A stretch of 62,976 nt of DNA, filler included, from Octopus bimaculoides (taxonomy: Eukaryota), in assembly GCF_001194135.2 (NCBI RefSeq). It is 6 parts of 6 records of this genome, joined end to end, with 100 filler letters (N's around TTAATTAATTAA, not from the genome) between each part and the next. Parts side by side here need not be neighbours in the genome. Positions count along the whole stretch, not along the records: positions 12,725 to 21,102 come from NC_068987.1; positions 21,203 to 42,165 come from NC_069003.1; 4 more parts are not named here. One strand, 5' to 3'. The translations under genes were made by a program, and so were the position numbers. Below are positions 12,625-26,039 of this stretch, one piece after another (position 1 is the stretch's first letter; each line of letters opens with the position of its first letter). The notes below the pieces were generated by a model. That model ran no database searches, was not told where the DNA came from, and was given only the letters and a program-made list of their open reading frames with translations.

Positions 12625-12724
12625 NNNNNNNNNNNNNNNNNNNNNNNNNNNNNNNNNNNNNNNNNNNNTTAATTAATTAANNNNNNNNNNNNNNNNNNNN
12701 NNNNNNNNNNNNNNNNNNNNNNNN
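12625..12724. other. Artificial contig linker (44 N + TTAATTAATTAA + 44 N)
   Basis: Exactly 100 bp. The 12-mer at 12669-12680 gives stops in all six frames. The same structure occurs five times in the window. Confidence 0.95.
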
Positions 12725-12776
<52 letters not shown>

Positions 12777-13215
12777 ATTGTTCTTAGTAATGCTATGACC
12801 CTCTCCTCAGCCATGTCCCCTACCCCGTTGCCGCTGCTGCTACCCTTTTACCCTACATTTTGTATCGTTCTTGTAATGCACTGTGCTTGTGTGTTCGCCC
12901 AAGCTGCTGCCATCATGGTAGTTTTTGTTGTTGTTCTTATTGCTGTTGTTATGGCAGTGTTGTTAGTCGTGTTGTTGATATTGTTACTGCCGTCTGTGAG
13001 GTTACCGTATTTGTGTTTGTGTGTGTATATGGGTTCGCTTCCTACGTTGTTTGTATCCGTGCCCTTTGTACAGTTTTTTTAATGTCTAATTTTTTAATAT
13101 TTACCATAGGTATGTGCATATATGTCCATTGTATATATATTACGCTGTTTGTATCTGGAGTTTTTTTCTCCCTTCAGTCTTTAGTCGTCGTGTTGTGCGG
13201 TGTGTGGTGGGTGTT

Positions 13216-13875
13216 ATTGTTCCATTCGTGCTTTCTTTTGAGGCTCGGTCTGTCTATTGCTATGTGTGTAGCCTCAGTGATCTGTCTAAGTGTCGAGTCA
13301 GTTCTATGTGTTAATACTTTGACCTCTATACTATTGAGTAAGCCTCTATATTCTGCTTCAGCATGTTGTCAGAGCACTGACGAGCCTTTCTCTTCTTTGA
13401 GCTCTCGCCAATGTTCACCTATACGCTCTCCTATGCTGCGTGCCGTCTCTGCAATGTAAGTAGTTGTCATGCTTCTCCACCCTCACTACATCGTAAGCTA
13501 TACACCATATTTCCAACCTTACAGTTAACCTGTGGGTTCATCCTACATACAATACGATGGTTTTCCGTACATGGGGACCTATCGTAAGGATAAATTCTAC
13601 TGATCAGGCATTTAATAGGCGCACTAGACTTTTCTGCTACTTTAATTCGTAGATTGGCCTTATCTGATATTTTTCTAAAAAGGCATACTAGCTCGCCGCC
13701 CGGTGTACCATAAGCGAACATGACACTGGTTTTTTTTATTGTCATACCATGAGCTGGCCTTATCTATCTTTTTTTCGGGTCCTTTTTGGGCTGTTCCGAG
13801 ATTTATTCCTGTATAGAGGACAGATCCCCTTTGCATCGCTCTCGGTGATGGCTTTGTATGGCTTTGTACTTAGCC
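13216..13875 (-). mobile_element. Penelope-like element remnant: linker, Zn-finger and GIY-YIG endonuclease (resembles Naiad/Neptune type)
   Basis: With frameshifts it reads WYDNKKTSVMFAYGTPGGEL...CTENHRIVCRMNPQVNCKVGNMVYSLRC.. then TYIAETARSIGERIGEHW...SSVL*QH...LRQITEATHIAIDRPSLKRKHEWNN. This fits the PLE GIY-YIG pattern Y.I.C...YIGET.R...ER..EH...RQI.EA..I...LN.K.EWN. Confidence 0.88.
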
Positions 13876-13899
13876 TTGGCCCCTTTGTACACTCTTAAA

Positions 13900-14100
13900 G
13901 TGTTTCAGTCATTCGAACGTGGTAATACTGGGGCACCACCCGGAAGGGTTTTAGTCGAACAAATCGATCCCAGTAATTATTTTCATTTTTAAGCCTAGTA
14001 CCGCTTTTATCGGTGTCTTTTGTTGAACCGCTAGGTTACGGGAACGCTAACACACTAATACCGGTTACTATGCAGTGGTGGGGACAAACAGAGACATAAA
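13900..14100 (-). mobile_element. OR-type SINE 3' part
   Basis: TGTTTCAGTCATT...CTGGGGCACCACC...TTGTTGAACCGCTAGGTTACGGG...GTGGTGGGGACAAAC. Confidence 0.75.
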
Positions 14101-14789
14101 GGTAAAGATAGTCACACAGATATATACACACACAATATATATATGATATNNNNNNNNNNNNNNNNNNNNNNNNNNNNNNNNNNNNNNNNNNNNNNNNNNN
14201 NNNNNNNNNNNNNNNNNNNNNNNNNNNNNNNNNNNNNNNNNNNNNNNNNNNNNNNNNNNNNNNNNNNNNNNNNNNNNNNNNNNNNNNNNNNNNNNNNNNN
14301 NNNNNNNNNNNNNNNNNNNNNNNNNNNNNNNNNNNNNNNNNNNNNNNNNNNNNNNNNNNNNNNNNNNNNNNNNNNNNNNNNNNNNNNNNNNNNNNNNNNN
14401 NNNNNNNNNNNNNNNNNNNNNNNNNNNNNNNNNNNNNNNNNNNNNNNNNNNNNNNNNNNNNNNNNNNNNNNNNNNNNNNNNNNNNNNNNNNNNNNNNNNN
14501 NNNNNNNNNNNNNNNNNNNNNNNNNNNNNNNNNNNNNNNNNNNNNNNNNNNNNNNNNNNNNNNNNNNNNNNNNNNNNNNNNNNNNNNNNNNNNNNNNNNN
14601 NNNNNNNNNNNNNNNNNNNNNNNNNNNNNNNNNNNNNNNNNNNNNNNNNNNNNNNNNNNNNNNNNNNNNNNNNNNNNATATATATACACACACACACCCA
14701 TTCCCATACACACGCATACACGCGCGCGTGTATGCGTCCGTATGTGTGCTTGTGTGTATTATATTTCACTTTTTCCAGTCATTAGACTG

Positions 14790-15125
14790 CAGCTTTGCTG
14801 GACCAGAGCCTTGAAGATTTCAGTCGAATGAATCAAACCTCGTATTTATTTTTCAACCTGGTGCTTATTCTAGCGGTTTGTTTTTGCCGAACTGCTTTGT
14901 TATAGCAACCAACACCGATAGTGAAGCGTTTGAAATGGACAAATACAGAGAGAAATACATAGATATACATACGTAAGTATGTATACATACGACCGGCTCC
15001 CTTCACTTTTTGTTTACCAAATCCACTCAGAAGGCTTTGGTCGGCATGTGACTATAGTAAACGACATGGAGTGGGACTGAACGTTAAACCATGTTGTAGG
15101 ATACCAAACTTCTTACCACACAGTC
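14790..15125 (-). mobile_element. OR-type SINE, degraded
   Basis: TTTACCAAATCCACTCAGAAGGCTTTGGTCGG...GTGGGACTGAAC...CTTCTTACCACACAGTCA. Confidence 0.75.
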
Positions 15126-16922
15126 ATACGCACGCACACACAAACACGCACATGCACACGTATATGTACACGCATACACCGGTACACACACATATTTATA
15201 TATAGATCTATGCATATGCATACAAATACATATTTGTGCATGAAAGTGTTATCTTCTTATCCTTTACTTGGAAAAAGGAAGAAGAGTTCGTTTCAGAAAT
15301 GGCAAATATAGAAAAACGGAATAGAAAGAAAGAAAGCTAAATATATTATATGTTTGTGTGTGTGTATGTGTGTATGTGTGTGTGTGTATAATACTTTCAT
15401 AAGAAAAGAGCTTAATATTTATTTTCATATTATTTGTGTGACTGTGTGTGCGCGCGCGCGCGTGTGTGAATAATTGATAAATGAATATGATTTACGATGA
15501 AAATTTAGTTTCATTTTGCTTAAAATACCAACGACTTCGGAGCAAAACATGTCGTTACAGTTCACCTGCATCTGGCATCTCTGACTCGCACTCACTCCAA
15601 CTCTGTTGTTTTAATTTCCATCGTTCAGCGTGACCGATTAATTGCATTTTATTATTTGTCAGAGAAGATAAGAAAGCTGAAAGAAATTTCAAATAGAAAA
15701 GACAAACGGGTAAACAAAACAACTAAGTAGAGACGGTGTTATATCAAGTGAGTAGAAACGCTGTTGGATAATNNNNNNNNNNNNNNNNNNNNNNNNNNNN
15801 NNNNNNNNNNNNNNNNNNNNNNNNNNNNNNNNNNNNNNNNNNNNNNNNNNNNNNNNNNNNNNNNNNNNNNNNNNNNNNNNNNNNNNNNNNNNNNNNNNNN
15901 NNNNNNNNNNNNNNNNNNNNNNNNNNNNNNNNNNNNNNNNNNNNNNNNNNNNNNNNNNNNNNNNNNNNNNNNNNNNNNNNNNNNNNNNNNNNNNNNNNNN
16001 NNNNNNNNNNNNNNNNNNNNNNNNNNNNNNNNNNNNNNNNNNNNNNNNNNNNNNNNNNNNNNNNNNNNNNNNNNNNNNNNNNNNNNNNNNNNNNNNNNNN
16101 NNNNNNNNNNNNNNNNNNNNNNNNNNNNNNNNNNNNNNNNNNNNNNNNNNNNNNNNNNNNNNNNNNNNNNNNNNNNNNNNNNNNNNNNNNNNNNNNNNNN
16201 NNNNNNNNNNNNNNNNNNNNNNNNNNNNNNNNNNNNNNNNNNNNNNNNNNNNNNNNNNNNNNNNNNNNNNNNNNNNNNNNNNNNNNNNNNNNNNNNNNNN
16301 NNNNNNNNNNNNNNNNNNNNNNNNNNNNNNNNNNNNNNNNNNNNNNNNNNNNNNNNNNNNNNNNNNNNNNNNNNNNNNNNNNNNNNNNNNNNNNNNNNNN
16401 NNNNNNNNNNNNNNNNNNNNNNNNNNNNNNNNNNNNNNNNNNNNNNNNNNNNNNNNNNNNNNNNNNNNNNNNGTTTTCAACTGAATAGACGTCAGTGATT
16501 AGTAGAAATTATCGAAATAAGACAATTTTTTACATGAAATAAATTCGAATACAAAAATTTGTTTCTGTTCTATAACACAAAATAGATAAGTATACGAAGT
16601 TTGAAAGTCTTTCGGTACCAAAAACACTACATAAAACATAAATGAAAACTGGTGCCCCCGTTTTAAAATAGATCCGCAGTATGTATGTATGTATGTATGT
16701 ATGTATGTATGTATGTATGTATGTATGTATGCATGCATGTATGCATGTATGTATGTATGTATACACTACACTCCCACAACAAAAGACGTAATTTATTACA
16801 TGTATTCATAAATAAAACTAGAATGTTATGAATTTGTAATAAATTCGACTGTTTTTTGCCACACTTTTGATAAGTCTAAAAGTTGCATTTTTGTTTTTTC
16901 TTAAAACTGATTGAAAAGATTA

Positions 16923-17000
<78 letters not shown>

Positions 17001-17009
17001 TATATATAT

Positions 17010-17390
17010 TGTAGTTAAGAAATTAGATTTGCAACCACATGATTTCGGGTTCAGTTCAACTGTGCACCCCATTGGACATATATCTTATACTATAGCCCCG
17101 AGCTGACTAATACGTTCCTAGTGACTTTAGTAGATGGAAATTGTGTGGAAACCCATCATATATCGATATACCAGACAAGTGTGTACGTGTCATTGTGTTT
17201 CTACCCCACTACCGATCGACAACTGTTTTTGGTTTGCTTACGACTCCATACCTTAACGGTTCGGCAAAAGAACTGATGTAATACCTAGCAGATTAAAAAT
17301 AGATAAACGCTGGGTCGGTTTCTTCGACCAAATACCACAACACGGTGCCCCAGCATGGCCGAAGTGCAATGACTGAAACAAGTAAACAAT
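17010..17390 (+). mobile_element. OR-type SINE, degraded full length
   Basis: CAACCACATGATTTCGGGTTCAGTTC...CGGTTCGGCAAAAG...CCCAGCATGGCCG...ATGACTGAAACAAGTAA. Confidence 0.75.
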
Positions 17391-18129
17391 AAAAGATTCA
17401 TATAAATATACACGCACGCGTACTCCAGAAACGAACGAAAGCGCTAATAATAATGAATAAATAAAAAGATTTTTCCAAAATTCTGGCGACTTTCTCTCTC
17501 TCTCTCTCTCCAAATGTCAATTCCTGAAGTAAAATTCGTGAAGTAAAATTATGTAGCAACACCAAATGGCGGTGCCTCAGCATGGCCACAGCTCATGAAC
17601 TGAAACTAGATAAAATGAAAAATGAAATGAAAAAATATATATACATACATACATACATATATAAATATACGAGAATATTGTAGTTCGCTTGAAGCATTGT
17701 GTATTGTTTGTAAAAAATAATGTTTTGAATGCCACAACAATGCACTATAATAACAACAATGGACTATAATAACTGTGTTAATCATCCATAGTCTGATATA
17801 ATATTTCGGAATATAAAAATCCCTTCTTCAGATAACCCTAGGAATTGATCTAGTCACAGTTATAATCCGTTTACCAACGGGGTTTTTTTCCCCGAAAGCG
17901 TCTCACTGTTTCATGGCTATTATTTATATTTTATTTTAAACTCTTATCTCATGACACTATTTCATTTATACCTCTCCATCTTATTTTATTCCATTTACAT
18001 CATTTAACATTACGCACATAACTACACATACACACCCCAATTGATTTCTTCTCAGTTTCATTATGAATCTTTATACGTCTCAAGCAATCGGATTTATAAC
18101 AGGTAAAATATAAAAGATACTCTTTGTCT

Positions 18130-18505
18130 TTTATTTTTTACTTGTTTGAATTATTAGACCGCAGCCATGCTGGGGCACCGCCTTGAATAGATTTTAGTTG
18201 AATAGATTAACTCTAGTACATATTTTTCAAGCCTGGTGTTTAATCTATCTGTTTCTTTTGTTGAACCGCTAAGTTACGGGGGCGTAAACACCAACACCGG
18301 CCGTTAAGCGGTGGTGGGGACAAACACAGACACACATACATAGAAATATATGTATAGACGTCGGTCCTCTTTCAGTTTCCGTCAACCAAATCCACTCACA
18401 AGCTTTAGATCGGTCCGTGACTATAAAAGACACTTGTCCAAGATGACACACAGACTGAACTCGGAACCATGAGGCTGCGAAGCAAATTTCTTACCACACA
18501 GCCAC
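18130..18505 (-). mobile_element. OR-type SINE, full length
   Basis: GCAGCCATGCTGGGGCACCGCC...GTTACGGGGGCGTAAACACC...TCAGTTTCCGTCAACCAAATCCACTCACAAGC...CTTACCACACAGCCAC. Confidence 0.85.
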
Positions 18506-18544
18506 GTCTGTGGAGCCACAAAATCTACACAAAATCTACACACA

Positions 18545-18582
<38 letters not shown>

Positions 18583-20884
18583 CTGTTTATAAAATCATTA
18601 TTCAAAAATGCTGTTTCTTTTTTATAGACAGTTAAGGTTTATATTATTTTCTTATTGGTGCTTTTTAGTTGTCTGCATAAACAATCAAGCATATTCTTTT
18701 GTAACACCCATGTTTTTAAAACGTCCATTTGTTATTCCCTGGAGAATATCATTTGTCATATTTGCAGATTTTTTTGATATATTTCAAATACAGGGGAAGG
18801 CTAAATATGTCCCGTTTTCTGACCTTTAGACTCCGCTATCTATGATAAGCAATAACTTAATCCAAAAGACTGGCGTGGTTTTTCTGTCTTGTATTGTTTG
18901 ACATAAAACATATATAACAAAATTGAAGTCACAATCATGAGCTCTCATTCAAACACCTTGTCTATTCAACCATTCGCCACTTTGAGTGGTCACTTGTCCA
19001 GAGTGAAATAGCTACTAAATATTCCTCAAACTATACCTTCTAAACTTAAAAAAGAAAAGACGGTTTAGATATGCCCAAAATGATTTGCATGATATCTTGA
19101 TTAACCCTTGGTTAAATGACAACAACTTAATGATTTCTTTTGATAAGACAAAATAAGGTTTTGCATTCAGTAAGGTTCATTCAGAGATGTCTGAATATTT
19201 AATGAAAATAAAAAAAATGTAGCTATTGTAGCTGGACACGGAACAAATACAGTAGCTTTTCATTACATCAACAGCTGCGGTAAAATATTCTAGGGTCCAA
19301 ATTATGCAGCATACAATAGAATATATTAGAATATTTCAGCGATACATTACAGACAAGTATGTTTTACGTTGTAGAGGAAATGATAAGCTGCTAACATGTC
19401 GATCTCAGCTGAAACCAAATTTGAATCATCATGGACAATACCTTATGAAAGTTTATGTTAGTTACAATATTCCACTCCTCAAAACCCCAAGACATTTCTG
19501 TATTCAAATATAGAGAGCGTCACGGAGTAAGAGAAAAGTTTCAATTCTCACACCTGAATGCATATAAGTTTCTCCGTTTTAGAACAGCTATAAAGATTCA
19601 AGCAGACGTTATTTACACTCTGCTTAAGTTTATGTACTTTCTTCAACAGTGGTTCCTCAAAGATACTATGCTGAACTCGAAGTTATCCAATGCCACAACC
19701 AAAAAGAAATCAATGGAACATTCATTATCCACATGAGCTTGAATTTTGCTAAAAGCTTTTATTGAAAGTGATAGTGACTGGAGTGATTTTTTTCCTTGTA
19801 ATTCAAGTTTATCATTGTCGTGTCTGGAACAGTCTTCGTGAGCACTTCATTTAGATATTAAAAAATATTTTCCCGGTTAATTTGTTCGATCTACTGATTA
19901 TCATGCAAATAAGGAATTCAAATTATGAATAGTACTGAACTTCAGTTTGCAAACTAACTGCTATTTTTACTTTTATTTATTTATTTTTTTTCATTTGACA
20001 TGTTGAAATTGGAGTTTAGTGTTCAAACAAAATAATTTATAAAACTTCATAGGCTATTTAATTTCCACGTGGCTGGGCAACCGACCAATCGATTCGGGAT
20101 CGAATATGGATGCTTTATTTCTGCTTGTGTCATAACGCATTTCGGTAGCTGCAGTGTTAAAACACTATGTGTGTGTTTTGGCGTGGGGGTGGGGGGTTTA
20201 ACTCCTTGCATCCTTTTTATATTCCTTGATTTCAAATTCAAATTTCTAATTTCGCTTCATGCTGTGAGGAGACAGATACCTCATTTTATATTAATGGCCA
20301 TCCAGAGGGCCCCACGCATCTTTGAATAGCGTTGATTATAGTTTCATATAAATCTCTTCGTAACATCTAAAGTTGATCCGTGTGCATGAGTTTATGAATG
20401 GAAGCCTGATTGACTTTAGAAAATAACAGCCAAAATAGATGTCTGCACCTAACCAATATCGATGAAGGTTTTTAAAATCGTTTGTAATTAATGTTGTAAT
20501 TATCGAATGCTCCAAAACACTTTCACGAAGTGGAACATCTCAGAAACTTAATGCAACTCTATGAGCTTTCTCCCTCTCTCTCTCAATTATCAAATCCATG
20601 ACTTTCTCTTAAAAAACATGAAAATATTTCACTTTAATGTATTTCTTCTTAATATATCTTATTAACAAATTTACAAGCTGTCATGCTGAAGATTCCTAAA
20701 AATGATGAAATACTACTATACATAATGACCACTAACTACAGACTGTAACAACATCAAATCGATATGAAATTAAAATTATATGGGTATGGGTGAAAATGCT
20801 CCCTTTGCTACCACTTGGTTTCAGGTTTTGTCCCACTGCACAACATCTTACCTTGCGAGTGAATTTGGTAGACAGATTTTATGC

Positions 20885-20958
<74 letters not shown>

Positions 20959-21067
20959 CATCTCTCCCTCTCTATATATGTTTGTGTATGTGCTTGTGTG
21001 TGTTTGTGTGTGTGAGTGTGTGTGTGAGTGTGTATGTTTGCATGTACGTATATATAAATATATATAC

Positions 21068-21102
<35 letters not shown>

Positions 21103-21202
21103 NNNNNNNNNNNNNNNNNNNNNNNNNNNNNNNNNNNNNNNNNNNNTTAATTAATTAANNNNNNNNNNNNNNNNNNNNNNNNNNNNNNNNNNNNNNNNNN
21201 NN
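21103..21202. other. Artificial contig linker
   Basis: 44 N + TTAATTAATTAA (21147-21158) + 44 N. Confidence 0.95.
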
Positions 21203-21538
21203 CACCACACACCACTATCCACACACACACACAACCTTCAATAGTGTCACCACACATACCACTATATTAGAGGAGACACATACTGGTTAACTTAGTACGT
21301 ACACCATACACCATCATGCACACTTCCACACCCACGCAACACGCAAGCACACATCAACTGCTACACACAACACGCAGACGTTACACACAACACACACACG
21401 TTATATTCACTCGCTTCCATTCACATACACACACACGTTAGACTCACTCATCCCCATTTACACTCATAGACATTATTCTCGCATACACACAAACGCCTGC
21501 ACACCTTAGTTCGTTGGGGTCACCATTACCTTTACCGC

Positions 21539-21598
<60 letters not shown>

Positions 21599-21860
21599 CT
21601 TCCTTTCATTCAACCTCTTTTTTCTAGTCATATCGCCATGTCGGACTATTGAACTCTGCATATTTTTCATGTCTTCGCTTTTTTTTTCCATTCTCTTTAC
21701 ATTTTTTGCCTCTTAATCTTTTCTGTCGAAGAGCTTAGGCTCGAAGCATATAGGACTTTTCCATTTTTCCTAAGCGTTAAATTAATACAGCTGCTTGTTA
21801 TTGCTACACCTGTCTTCGTCATATGTTTTCTGTAAATTTGAACTATATATAAATACCTAT
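21203..21860 (+). mobile_element. Probable Penelope-like pLTR/3' remnant with a degenerate hammerhead-like motif
   Basis: CA-rich low-complexity tract, then CTGTCGAA-GAGC-TTAG-GCTC-GAAG at 21723-21746. Downstream sequence resembles 32040-32160 and the reverse of 32690-32750. Confidence 0.45.
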
Positions 21861-22405
21861 GTGTGTATGTGTGTGTGTGTGAGTATGTGTGTGGGTGCCA
21901 TTGTATTTGTCATCCTCATCATCGCTTGATAACCGATGCTGGTGTATTTACGTCCCCATATATATATATATTTATATTGTTGTATGTATAGAGCTAGATA
22001 CTCATATATNNNNNNNNNNNNNNNNNNNNNNNNNNNNNNNNNNNNNNNNNNNNNNNNNNNNNNNNNNNNNNNNNNNNNNNNNNNNNNNNNNNNNNNNNNN
22101 NNNNNNNNNNNNNNNNNNNNNNNNNNNNNNNNATATATATATACATGTTTGAGGCGGGTACGTTAAGTGGTTGTGTGCATGATCTCACTACTTGTGTTGT
22201 GTGCGTATATATGTATCTCTTTAACGGTGTGTATGTATAAGTCTGTGAGCGTACGAGCTTGTATGTGTGTGCCTGTGTGTATGCGTCTGTGTGCCTCTGT
22301 GTGTGCGTGTGCGTATGTCTGTGTGTGTATGTGTATGTGTGTGTGTATCAGCCCTTTGGATCATTTCATCGATGGTACAATACCCACTTCTTCTAGTCTT
22401 TATTC

Positions 22406-22406
<1 letters not shown>

Positions 22407-22449
<43 letters not shown>

Positions 22450-22975
22450 GTAGTAGTAGTAGTAATAGTAGTAGTAGTAGTGATGGTTGTTGTAATAGTA
22501 GTAGTAGTAGTAGTAGCAATTTTCGCTGTTTTTGTTGTTGTTCTAGTTGCTGGCGCTATTGTTCCTATAATTGCTTTCCGTCTTTACTTTGTATTTGATA
22601 TTGTTATTGTTGTTTATGATGTTGTCATTATTAAGAATATTATGTCATTGTTTTCCAGTTAGATGTTATTGTTGCTACGGTTGTTGTTGTCGTCGTCGTT
22701 GTTGTTGTTGATGATGATGATGATGATGACGATTGCAACTACTGCTCCGGCTGCTGCCGATTTTGCTGCTGCCACCTGCTGCTGTTGCTGCTGCTGATGA
22801 CGACGACAACAACGACGACGATGACGACGATGGTGATGATTACCATGATGACGATGACGACGATGATAAGGTTGACGATGATGATTATGATAATGATAAT
22901 GATGTTGATGGTGGTAGTGGTGGTGGTGGTGTTTACAATGAATACGATGATGATGATGATGATGATGATGATGTG
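22407..22975. repeat. Compound trinucleotide microsatellite tract (TAG, TTG, GAT, GCT, GAC, GGT)
   Basis: Directly visible; it produces the spurious poly-amino-acid ORFs. Confidence 0.95.
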
Positions 22976-23079
22976 GTGTAGGAGGCTCAGCAGAAAATTA
23001 AGAATGTTTCGTTTTTAAAGCTTTCAGTTTCTTCTATTGATTTCTATTTCGGTCGAGGATATAGTATAAACGTTTACTA

Positions 23080-23340
23080 AACATGTGGATATAACATGGT
23101 GTGCATATTAATTAGTTAAGTGTGCAATAACATGGTTAATGTAGGGGAGCAAAGATATTTTAATTAATTAAAACCATACCATTAAGGAACAGAAAAATAT
23201 CATTCTCCTGATAATTAACTCAACTAAAAAAAAACGCCTGGAAAACAACCCCCTCTGAATTTAAATTAACCGAAGTTAATATTTATTCATAAGGCATCAT
23301 GTATTTATAAGTTAATTAATTATGCCTGGACGCCATCCAT
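23080..23340 (+). repeat. Left arm of a ~250-bp inverted repeat pair
   Basis: CATGGTGTGCATATTAATTAGTTAAGTGTGCAATAACATG and following sequence are the reverse complement of 26040-26300. Confidence 0.8.
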
Positions 23341-24704
23341 GAAGAAATATGTAAATTAACTTGGGTCGTTCATAAGTTTATATACGATTTTAATAAATAG
23401 ATAAATCCAGGTTTGTCATGTTTTTTATGTGTGCATTAGGATCTGGGAAGTAAGAGACAAGCAATCACTGATAGGGTTTTATTAAAACCAAAACCAAAAA
23501 TCTAATTGAGGCTTTCATTCTAAATAACTGAATAGCAAGCGTGGTATGATAACTATAGTTGCTTAATTGTAGTGGAGGTTCTCACTTCGACGAATGGCGG
23601 AGGGATCAACATTATACAACTTAAGAACTACCACCCTATGGCCTGCAGGGTCAAACCTGAAGAATTCCAGTAGCATTTTCTATCCGTCCCTTTAACCTCT
23701 TACCCTAATGCTACTGGAATTATGGAGGAAGTGGGATGCTGTTGATGCTGGTATCCTGGTTTGCTGAACAACTTACATTATGAATATCGTTTTTGTGGGC
23801 ATGGTTTATACAGAGCCAGTTCCACTTTTTCGTCCTTCAAACTTGTATCGGTCTAGTGCAACAATGAAGTTCAATCGAGAACTTCATTATCTTTTACAAC
23901 CACTTTATTGCTATCCCCACTCCCCCTCTCTTGCTATCTCATTACTCTGGCAAACGCTGGTTGTCACCCATGAGATGTAAATAGTTGACATCTGCTATAT
24001 TTCATCCCTTAACTTTTTGTCTGTGTGTACACAACCCCTAACCTGTTTCGACAAACATACCCTTACTATACTGATTAGTATATAACTGCTCTTGTGCATC
24101 TACCATTCTATCTTTCTATCATTCTATCTTTTCTTCACACTGTAATATATTATTCCTACTTAATCCCAATTCACTCTATTCAAAAATGGAACTGGTAACT
24201 TACCTTCTGCCATTTTCTGCCATGGATTATGATCAAGTATTCACCTTTGGAAATGCTAATGGACCTTACCTATAACTTTATTGTTTATTCGATCATGGAT
24301 TTATCTAAACTGATCCTTCATTCACTTTTCAACACACTGGAAAGTACTAAAATCCTGTATCCGATGATGGAATGCTTAGCTTATGAAATCCTTATCCAAT
24401 ATCAAGATCCATATGCTTAGCAATTCTACAAACAGCCGTAAGGGTCTTTATCGTGTTTATCATAACTCGTCTGCACTATGGTCTATATTCTCTATTTAAA
24501 TTAAATGTTTTTTGTGTGATGCCAAATGTGTTGCGTTTTCATTTTCTATTTTAATCTATATCCACCTGCTCAAGGAAAAACCATTCCAAGCCATCTTTGA
24601 TAGGCATTTTAAGTAACACATTTTTAGTAACACATTACTTCAGCTGACGAAAACGCCTTGTATATCTTATACATATAAACGTGTGTATGAATGTGTGTTT
24701 GTGT

Positions 24705-24747
<43 letters not shown>

Positions 24748-25185
24748 TGTTTGTGGCTGTGTTTGTCCTCCATTACCGCGTGCCGATCAGTGTTGGCTTG
24801 TTTACATCCTTTAACTTAGCTGTTCGGCAAATAGAGTAATAAAATTAGTACGAGGCTTAAAATATGATTACTGATATCCAAAGCGGTGAACTACCATGGT
24901 CGCAGTCTGACGACTGAAGCAAATAAAAGATGACGTGTAAATAATGACTAATATAGCCATATCTCCACCAAAGTAAGAGATTGTAGCACCAAATACACCA
25001 TTAACGTCTGTTACTTATCTTTCACTTAGCTTAAAGTAGCAGACACTTGTCCGAGGCTTCGCGGGTTGAACGCAAACACAGAACCCACTCGGCATTCAAT
25101 GTTAACCTCATTAAGAGAGTCATGCACATCGGCCTTTACCTGTTTCAGGGTATATATTTTAAAGGTTGAAGTGCAAGTAGGATCC

Positions 25186-25375
25186 ATAGCACGCCGAGTA
25201 AAATGTTTAGCGGCATTTCTTCCAGTTTTACGTTTTACATTCAGAGTTCAAATACCGCAGAAGTTGATTTTGTCTTTTATGATTTCGAGGTCAGTAAAAT
25301 AAGTATCAGTTCAGCACAGGGACGGAAGAGATCTAATCGACTAGCTTCCTCCCTCGATTGTGTATATAGTAGAAG

Positions 25376-25436
<61 letters not shown>

Positions 25437-25655
25437 CAAGGCTGTGAGCTGGCGGAATCATTAGAACGCCGGGTAAAATGCTTAGCGGCATTTCTTCCGT
25501 CTTCATGTTCTGAGTTCTAATATAACTGAGATCGATTTTACCTTTCGTCCTCTCGGGGTCGATGAAATAAGTATCAGTTGAATACTGGGGATGATGTGAT
25601 CAACTTCTTTGAAATTGCTGACCTTGTGCCAAAATTTGAAACCATTATTATTATT

Positions 25656-25708
<53 letters not shown>

Positions 25709-25830
25709 TATCAAAGCGGAGTTGGACTTTGCATTTGATAATTTCGAGATCGATAAAAAACGTACCAGTGAAATACTGTGATCGATATAAACCCATTCCC
25801 ACTAAATTCCAGTCCTTGTGCCTAGAAGGG
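25186..25830 (+). mobile_element. Three adjacent Nin-domain-like SINE copies with (ATT)n/(ATC)n tails
   Basis: Copies at about 25186-25375, 25440-25643 and 25712-25830; AAATGCTTAGCGGCATTTCTTCC motif repeated. Confidence 0.8.
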
Positions 25831-26039
25831 ATTATTGGTTTAATTTTCCTGCGAAGTTAGACACTTATAACCATTATAACACATGAACATTGAACCCATG
25901 TTTCCCTTTTATGAAATACTCATCAGGGATCGCATAAATCTGACTTTGAAGCTGCTGAAACCAAAAAAACCTGGATACATTTATTAAAAACGCATTAAAA
26001 ATTATGCACGACACAAGGTGATTTACATATTGTCACATG

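Noticed and set aside
19370-19770. Several exon-like stretches (e.g. VPQRYYAELEVIQCHNQKEINGTFIIHMSLNFAKSFY*, MSISAETKFESSWTIPYESL)
   Set aside because: I could not link them into a consistent model and recognise no homology; they need RNA-seq.
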